Notes under the pieces: generated by a model | Told to the model about the DNA's origin: nothing | The model's database searches: none | Seen by the model: the letters and a program-made list of their open reading frames with translations, nothing else | NCBI GenBank assembly: GCA_038150265.1 | Contig: JAYOTF010000002.1 | Span: 81,403-143,151 of the forward strand | Origin: Deltaproteobacteria bacterium | Lineage (GTDB): Bacteria > SAR324 > NAC60-12 | DNA length: 61,749 nucleotides | Direction of reading: 5' to 3' | Translations under genes and position numbers: made by a program | Shown: in pieces, positions 27,516 through 37,296 of the stretch | Numbering within the stretch: the stretch's first letter is position 1 | How the letters are laid out: each line of letters starts with the position of its first letter

Positions 27516-29191
27516 TTGGCGGGCAGAACCGGAACCGAGCCCAGCGCAAGCTGGGTGTCAGCGGCAGGGACCTCCAGCTGGGCCGAACCCTTTTGCTGCG
27601 GATCCGGGATGCTGTCAATGTCTTCAAGCACAATGAAGCAGATGCCGACGATGATGGTCGGGATCAGAGCAGCCATGGCCAGCTTGCCCGGGTTCACTCC
27701 TCCCTGGAAGAACTTGCCCAGAATGGACTGACCTGCAGGGTTCGGAGCGTTGGCGATCACGGTCAGACCGCCACCGGTCACTGCACCAGCGACCACCATG
27801 TACTTGGCGGCAATGGAGAAGCCCGGGACCAACGTGGAGAGGTAGGTGATGGCGGCGTTGTCGTTGAAGGCGGTCAAGACGGTGGCCGTGAGCATCAGGG
27901 ACAGCGGATCCAGCGAGCCCAGCACCGGTGCAATCCACCAGGCCTGCAGGCCACCGTGGGTGACCAGGCCGGCGAGGAAGAAGCCCACCAGCATCGGGGA
28001 CTTCAGGTCCACCTTGCTCTGGTAGCGCTGCGTGATGATGCTGAAGCCCAGGAACATCAGGAAGGCGCCAATGAACAGCGGCGGGTAGTGAGCATTGAAG
28101 ACCGTCCATGCCATGAACAGGAGGTGAACGATGGTGATCCACACCGGAATCGGCTCCTCATTGGTGTCTTCGCCAGATCCGGTCTTGGCGGCCATGGCGG
28201 CCAGCTCACCGCGGAAGACGGCAAAGTAGAGGATGTTGGCGATGAGGATGCCCACTGCCGCTTTCCAGCCGAAGTGCGTGAACATGAAGCCCATGGAGAA
28301 GTCCCAGGGCGTGGCGACCATCAGCACCGGAGGTGCCGCGAAGTGCGTCAGGGTTCCGCCGACGGAGACGTTCACAAACAGCAGCCCGATGGTGCCATAG
28401 GCGAGCTTGGCAGAAGGCTGGTGCTTGTAGATCTGGTTCGCCAGCAGCAGGGCGGCAATGGTCATGGCGGCGGGCTCGGTGATGAAGGAGCCCAGCAGCG
28501 GAGCAATCATCAGAATCGAGAACCACCAGGCGCCCGGCGAGTGCCCACCGAGTCCGGCAAAGAGCCCCAGCACCTGCTCGGCAAGGCGGATGATGGGCTT
28601 CGTCGATGCCAGGGCCATGATGACGACCACGAACATCGGCTCCGTGAAGTTCACGTGGTGCGCGATGTAGTTCTTGAAGGTCCCCCAGTCGAACATGCCG
28701 ATGGTGACAAACATCAGCACAATCACCCAAAGCCCAAAGATGGCCTCCACTTCGCCAAGGAAGTGATAGAGGTGCACCCGCATCGGCGTGGTCCGCTCAA
28801 TTTCGTCCTCCGAAGCGCCCTGCGCCTTCATGGCATGCTCATGCTCATGGTGCAGGTTGTGGGCAGCCGCCATGAACTTGCTGGCCACAAAGGTGTGGAG
28901 GATCGCCAGCAGGAAGATGAGGGAGGCGATCAGGTTGAAGGGATTGACGGAAATCCGGTGCCCAAGAATGGCTCCCACTCCGCCTTCCGGATCCTTGAAG
29001 TCCTCCACATGGGGCACGTTTTCGCAGTGGGCCTGCGAGAAGAGTTCCATGTCGTGCTGGGTGTAGCACACCAGCGGAACGGGGAAGGGAGCGGCGTCGC
29101 CGGCTCCATGGCTATCGGTGGCGGCGTAAGCAATCGCAGCAAGCCCCAGCACAGCCAACAGCAGGATAAGTAGCTTGGCGGGTCGTCTCAT
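27512..29191 (-). CDS. Putative Na+/H+ antiporter (DUF1504 family)
   Basis: HFLGEVEAIFGLW; GSFITEPAAMT; THFAAPPVLMVA; TAFNDNAAITYL; GGGLTVIANAPNPAG. Confidence 0.85.
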   Translation of the reverse strand: MRRPAKLLILLLAVLGLAAIAYAATDSHGAGDAAPFPVPLVCYTQHDMELFSQAHCENVPHVEDFKDPEGGVGAILGHRISVNPFNLIASLIFLLAILHTFVASKFMAAAHNLHHEHEHAMKAQGASEDEIERTTPMRVHLYHFLGEVEAIFGLWVIVLMFVTIGMFDWGTFKNYIAHHVNFTEPMFVVVIMALASTKPIIRLAEQVLGLFAGLGGHSPGAWWFSILMIAPLLGSFITEPAAMTIAALLLANQIYKHQPSAKLAYGTIGLLFVNVSVGGTLTHFAAPPVLMVATPWDFSMGFMFTHFGWKAAVGILIANILYFAVFRGELAAMAAKTGSGEDTNEEPIPVWITIVHLLFMAWTVFNAHYPPLFIGAFLMFLGFSIITQRYQSKVDLKSPMLVGFFLAGLVTHGGLQAWWIAPVLGSLDPLSLMLTATVLTAFNDNAAITYLSTLVPGFSIAAKYMVVAGAVTGGGLTVIANAPNPAGQSILGKFFQGGVNPGKLAMAALIPTIIVGICFIVLEDIDSIPDPQQKGSAQLEVPAADTQLALGSVPVLPAN

Positions 29192-29342
29192 TCATCTCCT
29201 TGGAATCACGCAATGGTAGGTTCAGTGGAACAGCGTTCCTCTTGAAAAACACCCCATGTACCTACGTGGATCAGCGCAAGAAGGCAATCGAAAAAGCGCC
29301 TTTTGTGCAATGTGCTCCCAGGATTGCCGACAGACAGGAGGG

Positions 29343-29729
29343 TTATCCGGGAAGGTCTTCGGGAAACTGCCGCTTGAGCTTCTTCATGACCTGACGGGCC
29401 TGAAGCGGACGGATGAGGAAATCCTGGGTGGCGGTCACCTGCTCAAGCGGAAAGCTGGCGGCCTCGCGTTTGGAGAGCAGGAGCAGGATGGGGACGTCCC
29501 GGAAGTGAGGGATGACGCGGGCCTGATCGAGGGCCGCGAGGGGGGAAAGCTGCATCAAGTCCGGATCCAGAATGAGCAGCTGGGGAGGCGTGTGCTGGGC
29601 CACCAGAACGGCCTCCTCCCAGTGAATCTGCCAGTCGACCCGGAACCCCTCTCGCCCCAGCAACAGGGCCAGGAGGGCACCGGAGTCGTCCTGCGCATCC
29701 GCAATGATGATGTGCGGGTGGTCGCTCAT
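29343..29729 (-). CDS. Stand-alone atypical receiver-domain protein
   Basis: CheY-like pattern (IIIAD, LILDPDL, VPILLL, DFLIRP); acidic pocket degenerate and Lys replaced by Arg. Confidence 0.7.
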   Translation of the reverse strand: MSDHPHIIIADAQDDSGALLALLLGREGFRVDWQIHWEEAVLVAQHTPPQLLILDPDLMQLSPLAALDQARVIPHFRDVPILLLLSKREAASFPLEQVTATQDFLIRPLQARQVMKKLKRQFPEDLPG

Positions 29730-30499
29730 TCGGGAGTGACGTAGGCTGAGGTGATGCCGCCATCGACAACCAGCTCCTGTCCGGTCATGTACGACGACTC
29801 ATCCGATGCGAGAAAGACCGCGGCTTGGGCCATTTCCCTGGCTTCGCCAAAGCGTCCCATCGGAATGTGAACCAGCCGGCGCTGCTTCTTGGCCTCGGTG
29901 TCGAGGAACTTCATCAGCAGTTCGGTCCGCAGCGGTCCGGGGCACAGCGCGTTGACCCGGATGTTCTCCCGGGCGTGGATGATGGCCAGTTCGCGACTGA
30001 GGGCAATGACTCCGCCCTTGCTGGCCGTGTAGGCCACCTGGGGGGTGGCGGCCCCCATGATGCCCACGAAGGAGGCCGTGTTGATGATGGAGCCACTTCC
30101 TGCCCGCTGCATGGCCGGAATGCCATACTTGCACCCCAGGTAGACTCCCTTGAGGTTGATGGCCATGGTGAGGTCCCAGACGTCTTCCTCAGTGGTCATG
30201 GCATTGTCATCACTGCTGTGCATGATGCCGGCGTTGTTGAAGAGCACATGCAGGGCGCCAAACTCCTGCTCTGCCCGGGCGACCATGGCTTCACAGTCGG
30301 CCGCCTTCGAGATGTCGGCATGCTGGTAGACGGCCTGGCCACCCGCTTCCTGAATCAGGGTGACGGTCTGTTCGCCTTCGGCATCGTTGAGGTCGGTGAC
30401 CACAACAGAAGCTCCTTCCTGGGCAAAGAGCAGAGCGGCTTCTCGGCCAATGCCGCTGGCGCCACCGGTAATGACCGCGACTTTCCCTTTGAGTCTCAT
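29726..30499 (-). CDS. Short-chain dehydrogenase/reductase
   Basis: TGGASGIG; NNAG; YTASKGG; RRLVHIPMGRF. Confidence 0.95.
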   Translation of the reverse strand: MRLKGKVAVITGGASGIGREAALLFAQEGASVVVTDLNDAEGEQTVTLIQEAGGQAVYQHADISKAADCEAMVARAEQEFGALHVLFNNAGIMHSSDDNAMTTEEDVWDLTMAINLKGVYLGCKYGIPAMQRAGSGSIINTASFVGIMGAATPQVAYTASKGGVIALSRELAIIHARENIRVNALCPGPLRTELLMKFLDTEAKKQRRLVHIPMGRFGEAREMAQAAVFLASDESSYMTGQELVVDGGITSAYVTPE

Positions 30500-30533
30500 G
30501 GATTCCTTGAGTGATGGGGTTGGATGAGTTGGA

Positions 30534-31910
30534 TCAAATGCGTTCGAAGTACCGTTTCAGCTCCCAGTCGGTGACTGCCGCATCAAAGGCGGCCAGCTCC
30601 GTCTTGAAGAAGTGCAGGTAATGCTGGTGGACGTTCTCTCCCAAGACGCGCTTGGCAAAGGCACTCTGCTCAAAGAGCGCGGTTGCCTGATGAAGGCTCG
30701 TTGGCACCCCCGGGAGGTCCTGGGCGCTGTAGACGTCTCCGGAAAACAGAGGCGGCGGCTCCACCTGCTCCCGGATTCCTTCCAGTCCTGCAGCCAGGGA
30801 GGCGGCATAGGCCAGGTACGGGTTGCAGTCGGCGCCTGCAAGGCGGCACTCGATGCGGAGCGAGTTTCCGGACCCGACCACCCGGAAGCCGGCGGTGCGG
30901 TTGTCGTGGCACCACGCAAGCTTGGTGGGCGCCCAGGACTGGAAGACGTAGCGCTTGTAAGCGTTGATGGTGGGCGCATAGAGCACCATCAGCTCCGGAA
31001 GGTACTTGATCCACCCGCCCAGGAACCAACGGAAGGTGTCGGAGCAGCGAATGGGGCCTTCTTCCTGATCACCGGGGAAGGCGGACTCGCCGTTCTTCCA
31101 GAGGCTGAGGTGGATGTGGCAGCTGGATCCGGCCTGGTCGGTGTGGGGCTTTGCCATGAAGGTGACGCTCCGGCCTTGCTGCTCGGCGACTTCCCGGAGG
31201 CACTGCTTGTACACCATGTGCCGGTCGGCCATCGTCAGCACATCGGCATAGCGAATGTTGAGCTCGTGTTGCCCCAGCCCCCACTCGCCCTTTGAGGTCT
31301 CGACGGGAACCCCGGAGTCTCGCAGGTGCCGCCGTGCTGCACCGTGGAAGGATTCGTTGCGGGTGCCTTGAAAGGCGTGATAGTCCTCGAGGTACCAGCC
31401 TGCAGGCTTCAGGTCACGGTACTGGGTGTCAAAGGCTTCGCGGTACGAATTGTCGTAAAGGTAGTACTCCAGCTCAGAGGCGCCAAAGGCTTCAAATCCC
31501 AGCTCGGCCGCAGCCTCGACTTGCTTCCGGAGCAAGGAGCGTGGCGCTTCGGCGACCCGCGTATGTGTGGCTTCGTTGTAGACGTCACAGAGGACCAGGG
31601 CGGTGCGATCCTGCCAGCTGAGGCGCCGGAGGGTGCTGAGGTCCGGGACGAGGTGGAAGTCGCCGTAGCCACGGTCCCAGTTGGCAAAGGAGTACCCCGG
31701 AATGGGCTCCATCTCCATGTCCACGGTGAGGAGGTAGTCGCACCCGTGGGTGCCGTGTTCCGCGGCTTCCTCAAGGAAGAAGTCCGCATCAAAGCGCTTC
31801 CCGATCAGGCGCCCATAGAGTCCGGTAAAGACCACCAGAATCGTGTCGATGCGTCCAGCAGCAACTTCTTGCTCCAGCTCAGTGCGGGTGAGCATTCCTT
31901 TAACCTGCAT
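30534..31910 (-). CDS. Glutamine synthetase-like gamma-glutamylamide synthetase (GlnA4-like)
   Basis: AAGGAGG RBS; GRLIGKRF; WDRGYGDF; SKGEWGLGQHE; TFMAKP; HIHLSLW; DNRT; RIECR. Confidence 0.9.
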   Translation of the reverse strand: MQVKGMLTRTELEQEVAAGRIDTILVVFTGLYGRLIGKRFDADFFLEEAAEHGTHGCDYLLTVDMEMEPIPGYSFANWDRGYGDFHLVPDLSTLRRLSWQDRTALVLCDVYNEATHTRVAEAPRSLLRKQVEAAAELGFEAFGASELEYYLYDNSYREAFDTQYRDLKPAGWYLEDYHAFQGTRNESFHGAARRHLRDSGVPVETSKGEWGLGQHELNIRYADVLTMADRHMVYKQCLREVAEQQGRSVTFMAKPHTDQAGSSCHIHLSLWKNGESAFPGDQEEGPIRCSDTFRWFLGGWIKYLPELMVLYAPTINAYKRYVFQSWAPTKLAWCHDNRTAGFRVVGSGNSLRIECRLAGADCNPYLAYAASLAAGLEGIREQVEPPPLFSGDVYSAQDLPGVPTSLHQATALFEQSAFAKRVLGENVHQHYLHFFKTELAAFDAAVTDWELKRYFERI

Positions 31911-32050
31911 CCTCCTCCTTTGGTTCAACTGAAAAGATCGAATCCTACGGGAGGTGTTGCAGCAGAGGCAAGTAGATTTTGGAAGCGGGGAGGTCCGGAA
32001 GGCTGGAAGCGGCTCTGGTGACAGGAGGCCACCAGAGCCAGCGGGGGAGG

Positions 32051-32476
32051 TTAGTTGATGGAGATGAGCTTGCGCTCCGCCTTGGCGGCTTTCGGGATGT
32101 GAACCGTCAGCACACCATTGTTCATCTCTGCAGAGATGCCTTCCAGGTCGGTCTCCTTCGGCAGGCGAACGGAACGGCTGAAGGTGCCAAACTGACGCTC
32201 CACGTAGTGGACGCCTTCGCGTTTCTCCTCCAGCTCGTGCTTCTTTTCTCCCTTCACGGTGAGCACCCCGTCTTCAAGGGTGATGTTCACGTCTTCCTTC
32301 GCCATGCCCGGAATCTCGAACGTGGCAATGTAGCGGCTCTCTTCCTCGCGCAGTTCCAGCGCCGGAGTGAAGGTGCGGCGGCTCACCCGAGTCGGCTGCG
32401 TCAGGAAGTCGTCGAAAAATTCCTCGACGAGCGCAGAGAAGGGGTGGAGGGTCTGGTTGCGTTGAATCAGGTTCAT
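32051..32476 (-). CDS. Small heat shock protein (Hsp20)
   Basis: Alpha-crystallin domain: PGM.KEDV, ERQFGTFSRS, NGVLTVHIPK. Confidence 0.95.
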   Translation of the reverse strand: MNLIQRNQTLHPFSALVEEFFDDFLTQPTRVSRRTFTPALELREEESRYIATFEIPGMAKEDVNITLEDGVLTVKGEKKHELEEKREGVHYVERQFGTFSRSVRLPKETDLEGISAEMNNGVLTVHIPKAAKAERKLISIN

Positions 32477-32527
32477 GGGGTCTCCATACGTTTGAGTGAA
32501 TGCGATTCGGGACGGTGCCCGTTATTG

Positions 32528-32554
32528 TTAGCACTCAATTTAAAAGAGTGCTAA
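32528..32554. promoter_or_regulatory. CIRCE element (HrcA operator) overlapping a sigma70 promoter
   Basis: Perfect TTAGCACTC-N9-GAGTGCTAA; minus-strand TTGACA (32565-32560)-N17-TAAATT. Confidence 0.97.
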
Positions 32555-32733
32555 CAAGGTGTCAAGAAAATTTTTTCAGCTTCGGAACCGGGAAGGAACA
32601 AGCGGTCTTCAGAAGGGAGGAATCGGGTGGTTGCGCGTGTCAGCAGGCCCCCTGCCCAAGAGGGCAGGGAGTCCGGAGGCGTGTCGAGGAGACGGGCTGT
32701 TGGGGCCTTCGCTGGGAAAGCGGGAAAGGCGGC

Positions 32734-33807
32734 TTAGGCGCCGAAGTGAGCCTGGAGCTGGCTGGAGTACGGAGGCGAGATGAGCCCCTTTTCGGTAATG
32801 ATGCCGGTGACGAGTTCATGCGGGGTGACGTCAAAAGCGGGGTTCCGGACGGGGACATCTGCCGGCGCCGTGGAGCGTTCCCCAAAGTTCCGGACTTCTT
32901 CCGGGTCGCGTTCTTCAATGACGATCTCGGCACCACTGGCGGTGTTCAGGTCAATGGTGGAAGAGGGGCACGCGACGTAGAAGGGGATCTGGTAGTGCTG
33001 GGCCAGGATGGCCACGCCGAGGGTGCCGATCTTGTTGGCGACGTCCCCGTTTGCAGCGACCCGGTCGGTGCCAACAATGACGAGGTCAATGAGGCCTTCC
33101 GCCATGGTGGCCGCCGCCATGTTGTCGGTGATCAGGGTGACGTTCAGGCCACTTTGGTGCAGCTCCCAGCTGGTGAGGCGAGCCCCCTGGAGCAGCGGTC
33201 GGGTTTCATCGGCATAGACCCGAAACCGGGTTCCTGCCGCATGAGCAAGGTACATGGGCGCGGTGGCGGTTCCCAGCTCGGAAGTCGCCAGCGCCCCAGC
33301 GTTGCAGTGGGTGAGGACGCCACAGCCTTCCGTGATGAGGGGCCTGCCGTGTTCGCCGATGCCTCGGCAGAGCTTCCGGTCTTCTTCATGAATGGCGATC
33401 GCTTCTTGCTCCAGAAGCTGGTACAGCGCGGCGGTGTCGGTTTGAGGAGACTGCTGCAGGGCCTGGATCATGCGGTTGAGGGCCCAGTTCAGGTTCACTG
33501 CCGTGGGCCGGGAGGAGTCGAGGTAGCGGGCCAACTCAGCCGCCTTGTCTCGGAAGGCTGCCGCGTCAAGCGTTCGGAACGGCTGGAGGCCAACGAGGAG
33601 GCCGTAGGCGCCAGCAATGCCGATGGCCGGAGCGCCCCGGACCTTGAGGCGTTTGATGGAGTCCCAGACCTGCTCAACGGTTTGTTGCGGCTCAAGGAGC
33701 ACGGTCCCGGGGAGTTGGGTCTGATCGAGCATGATGAGGGTTCCGTTCTCCCAACTGAGGGTGGAAGGCAACGAGGCGGAGGCGGAGGTCATGGTGGTTC
33801 CAGTCAT
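32734..33807 (-). CDS. mtnA: S-methyl-5-thioribose-1-phosphate isomerase
   Basis: LDQTQLP; VRGAPAIG; SRPTAVNL; LTHCNAGALAT; DETRPLLQGARLT; ANKIGT; NPAFDVTP. Confidence 0.97.
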   Translation of the reverse strand: MTGTTMTSASASLPSTLSWENGTLIMLDQTQLPGTVLLEPQQTVEQVWDSIKRLKVRGAPAIGIAGAYGLLVGLQPFRTLDAAAFRDKAAELARYLDSSRPTAVNLNWALNRMIQALQQSPQTDTAALYQLLEQEAIAIHEEDRKLCRGIGEHGRPLITEGCGVLTHCNAGALATSELGTATAPMYLAHAAGTRFRVYADETRPLLQGARLTSWELHQSGLNVTLITDNMAAATMAEGLIDLVIVGTDRVAANGDVANKIGTLGVAILAQHYQIPFYVACPSSTIDLNTASGAEIVIEERDPEEVRNFGERSTAPADVPVRNPAFDVTPHELVTGIITEKGLISPPYSSQLQAHFGA

Positions 33808-34802
33808 CAGTTGAGGGTAGCTCCAGCAGGAGTCGGTTCAGCCAGATGGCAACGGGCATAGTGTCCAGGCGCCAGCTCTCGCCACGGGGGGAGGCTCTGG
33901 CGACAGGTCTCGGTCGCGAGGGGGCAGCGCTCGGCAAACGCGCATCCGGCATAGGCGCGCGTCGGGCTGGGGACGTCTCCCTGGAGTGCCTGGCGCTGCC
34001 GGTGTCGGTGCCGGGGGTGGCTGGCCGGAATGGCTTGTAGCAGCGCCTGCGTGTAGGGGTGCCTGGGGCTCTGAAACAGCGCGTCCTGGTCTGCCAGTTC
34101 CACAATGCGTCCGAGGTACATGACCGCGACTCGGTCCGCGATGTAGCGGATGACGCCCATGTCGTGGCTGATGAAGAGGTAGCTCAGGTGCTGCTCCTGC
34201 TGGAGGTCCTTCAGCAGGTTGAGGATCTGGGCCTGAATGGAGACATCGAGCGCAGAAACGGCTTCATCGCAGACGATCAGGCGCGGGCTGAGGGAAAGCG
34301 CTCGAGCGATGCAGAGCCGCTGCCGTTGCCCTCCGGAAAACTCATGGGGAAAGCGCTGGAGGTGCTGGGCGCTCATCCCGACGCGGTCGAGCAACCGGAT
34401 GGCCTCGGAGCGGACCTGCTGCCGGGTGATCAGGCCGTGGTACAGGGGGGCGCTGGTGACGATTTCCTCCACGGTCAGCCGTGGATTCAGAGACGACAGG
34501 GGGTTCTGAAAGACCATCTGCATCTGGATCCGCAGCTCGCGCAACTGATTCGGCGAGAGGCTTCCCAGCGAGGTCCCATTGAAGATCACCTCTCCCGAGG
34601 TGGGCGGCGTGAGGTGCAGGATGCTGCGCCCCACCGTGGACTTGCCACAACCGGACTCTCCCACGAGTCCCAGGGTTTCTCCCGCTTGCAGGGTGAAGCT
34701 GACGCCATCGACGGCGCGGATGTGCTGGACGGCTTTGCGCCACAACCCCTGTCGGACGGGGAAGTGGGTCTTCAGCTCTTGAACGTCCAGCAAGGCAGGC
34801 AT
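33807..34802 (-). CDS. Oligopeptide/dipeptide ABC transporter ATP-binding subunit (OppF/DppF type)
   Basis: [34 protein letters not shown]-terminal Cys motif. Confidence 0.95.
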   Translation of the reverse strand: MPALLDVQELKTHFPVRQGLWRKAVQHIRAVDGVSFTLQAGETLGLVGESGCGKSTVGRSILHLTPPTSGEVIFNGTSLGSLSPNQLRELRIQMQMVFQNPLSSLNPRLTVEEIVTSAPLYHGLITRQQVRSEAIRLLDRVGMSAQHLQRFPHEFSGGQRQRLCIARALSLSPRLIVCDEAVSALDVSIQAQILNLLKDLQQEQHLSYLFISHDMGVIRYIADRVAVMYLGRIVELADQDALFQSPRHPYTQALLQAIPASHPRHRHRQRQALQGDVPSPTRAYAGCAFAERCPLATETCRQSLPPWRELAPGHYARCHLAEPTPAGATLN

Positions 34803-34809
34803 GGTGGGG

Positions 34810-35181
34810 TCAGATCCGAGCGAGCATGCCTTCCAGGGAGTGGCGCGATTGCTCCAGCAGGCGTTGCTGGTACTCGCCTCCATGAAAGCCCCGCTGCTGC
34901 AGGTCCTGGGCGGTCAGCTTCAGCTCCTCAAGGTACTCCACCACGGCAAACTCGGGAACCGTCCGGTTCAGCAGCACCTCCGTGCCCTCGTACATGGCCA
35001 CCAGCATCGACTGGTGTTCCTGGTTGCCGAGTGCCGGTTTCAGCTGTGCCACCTCCTGCTCAAAGCCCTGCCGAATCTTGCGGATCTCCTCGAGTCCCAG
35101 CGAAATGGGAGCGGTGGAGGCAGCCGCCTTTCCGGAAAGGAGGGGAGCAGAGTGGGACAAAGAAACGTTTCGGGCATCCAT
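34810..35181 (-). CDS. Hypothetical helical protein
   Basis: AGAGG RBS; normal codon style; co-oriented with the following ATPase. Confidence 0.6.
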   Translation of the reverse strand: MDARNVSLSHSAPLLSGKAAASTAPISLGLEEIRKIRQGFEQEVAQLKPALGNQEHQSMLVAMYEGTEVLLNRTVPEFAVVEYLEELKLTAQDLQQRGFHGGEYQQRLLEQSRHSLEGMLARI

Positions 35182-35421
35182 AACACCTCTGTGGCAAAAG
35201 GAAGGAGAAGGAACGATTCTACACGAAGTCAGGGAACCTTTCTAGGCCCTCTGACCAAGCGAGTCAAGCCACTTGCGCATCCGGAGCCGGGATCCCTGCT
35301 TTTCTTTTGACTTTGTGGCAGGAAACCCTCTATTCTATAAAGCTTTTACAAAGCTCCCTTCCGGGAGTTGCTGATTAACCTCTTGCACCGGCTCGCAGTC
35401 TCCTGCGGACGGTTAATGATC

Positions 35422-37116
35422 ATGGCCTCAACAGAACTTTCCTCCCCCACGAACCTGGAACCCATCGTCTTCTTTGAAGAGAGCGACGACTTTGAAGCGC
35501 TCTATGAAGAAACCCTGCTGGGGGTTCAGGAGCAGAGCATTGTCAACGGTGCCGTCACCGACATCAGCAAGGAATTTGTCACCATTGACATCGGCTTCAA
35601 GGCTGACTGTCTGGTTCCTTACGACGAATTCATCGACTCCGAAGGCGAGTTGATGGTCGCCATTGGCGATACCATTGAGGTGTACGTGGACGCCCTGGAA
35701 GTGGAAGACGGCGTCCCGCTGATCTCCAAGCGCAAGGCTGAGAAGATGCGCACGTGGGAGAAGATCGGCACGATCTACGAAGCCGAGGGAACGGTTCGAG
35801 GGACGATCATCAACCGCATCAAGGGGGGCCTGTCCGTCGACATTGGCGTCAAGGCCTTCCTGCCGGGCTCGCAGGTGGACCTCCGCCCCGTCCGGAACCT
35901 CGACAAGCTGCTGGGTGAGAGCTTCGAGTTCAAGATCCTCAAGTACAACCAGAAGCGCGGCAACATCGTGCTCTCTCGCCGAGCCCTGCTGGAAGTGGAG
36001 CGGGAAGAGAAGCGCAAGGAAACCCTCAAGATCCTCAGCGAGGGCGCGCTCATTACCGGTCATGTCAAGAACATCACCGATTACGGGGTCTTTGTGGACC
36101 TCGGTGGCGTGGACGGACTGCTCCACATCACCGACATGACCTGGGGCCGCATCGTTCACCCGTCCGAGATGTTCAGCATTGGCGACGAGGTCGAAGTCAT
36201 CATCCTCAAGTTCTACCCCGAAGACCAGAAGGTCTCCCTGGGCCTCAAGCAGAAGTTTGCCAACCCGTGGGACTCCGTGGCCGACAAGTACCCCGCGGGT
36301 ACCAAGATTCAGGGCAAGATTGTCAGCCTCACCGAGTACGGAGCCTTCATTGAGCTGGAGCCGGGCGTTGAGGGCCTCATCCACGTTTCGGAAATGTCCT
36401 GGACCCGCAAGGTCCGGCATCCGTCCAAGATTGTCCAGCTCGGACAGGAAGTGGAAGCCGTGGTCAAGGACCTGGATGTGGAGCGCAAGCGCATCTCCCT
36501 CTCCATGAAAGAGGCCGAGCCGAACCCGTGGCGCATCGCCATGGACCGCTACCCGATTGGCTCCATCGTCAAGGGCAAGGTCCGGAACATCACCGACTTT
36601 GGCATCTTCGTGGGACTGGACGAGGGCATTGACGGACTCGTGCACGTCTCCGACATCTCCTGGTCTCAGCGACAGCGCAAGCCGTCCGAGCTGGTGAAGA
36701 AGGGCGACGAGCTGGAGGTCAAGGTCCTCAACATCGACGTCTCTCAGGAGCGCCTCTCCCTCGGCATCAAGCAGCTGAGCGAAGACCCCTGGAAGAACCT
36801 CGATGAGCGCTACCCGCTCAATGCGGAAGTCACCGGAAGGGTGGTCAACCTGACGGACTTCGGCATCTTCGTGGAGATCTCCGATGGCGTTGAAGGCCTG
36901 GTGCACATTTCCGAAATCGACAACGCGGTGCCAAAGGCGAAGCTGCAGGAGTTCTACCCGGTTGGAACAGAAGTCCGCGCCCGCGTCATCAAGGTCGACA
37001 CCGAAGAGCGTCGCCTGGGCCTGAGCATCATGGAGGTCATGGAATTGGCCTCTCCGGAGTTGCAAGACTCGGATGCGGCTGACGACGATCAGCAAGACGA
37101 CGCTGCTGAAGAGTAA
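35422..37116 (+). CDS. rpsA: 30S ribosomal protein S1
   Basis: Six S1 repeats (AFLPGSQVD, DYGVFVDLGGVDGLLH, GVEGLIHVSEMSW); strongly biased codons. Confidence 0.98.
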   Translation: MASTELSSPTNLEPIVFFEESDDFEALYEETLLGVQEQSIVNGAVTDISKEFVTIDIGFKADCLVPYDEFIDSEGELMVAIGDTIEVYVDALEVEDGVPLISKRKAEKMRTWEKIGTIYEAEGTVRGTIINRIKGGLSVDIGVKAFLPGSQVDLRPVRNLDKLLGESFEFKILKYNQKRGNIVLSRRALLEVEREEKRKETLKILSEGALITGHVKNITDYGVFVDLGGVDGLLHITDMTWGRIVHPSEMFSIGDEVEVIILKFYPEDQKVSLGLKQKFANPWDSVADKYPAGTKIQGKIVSLTEYGAFIELEPGVEGLIHVSEMSWTRKVRHPSKIVQLGQEVEAVVKDLDVERKRISLSMKEAEPNPWRIAMDRYPIGSIVKGKVRNITDFGIFVGLDEGIDGLVHVSDISWSQRQRKPSELVKKGDELEVKVLNIDVSQERLSLGIKQLSEDPWKNLDERYPLNAEVTGRVVNLTDFGIFVEISDGVEGLVHISEIDNAVPKAKLQEFYPVGTEVRARVIKVDTEERRLGLSIMEVMELASPELQDSDAADDDQQDDAAEE

Positions 37117-37296
37117 GCCTCCTCATTTTCCGGGAGCTTGGCTCCCGGATCCCCCTCCCCTGGCACAAGTTCTCCTTCTCAAGTTGCTTCCCTGAACCCG
37201 CACCTGCTGGGTGACCGGAAGATGAGTTCCACTGGCGCTCTCTGGCGAGATCCGCTACGCTGTTGGGCCACCTCGGACAACTCCCTTTTTGACTGA

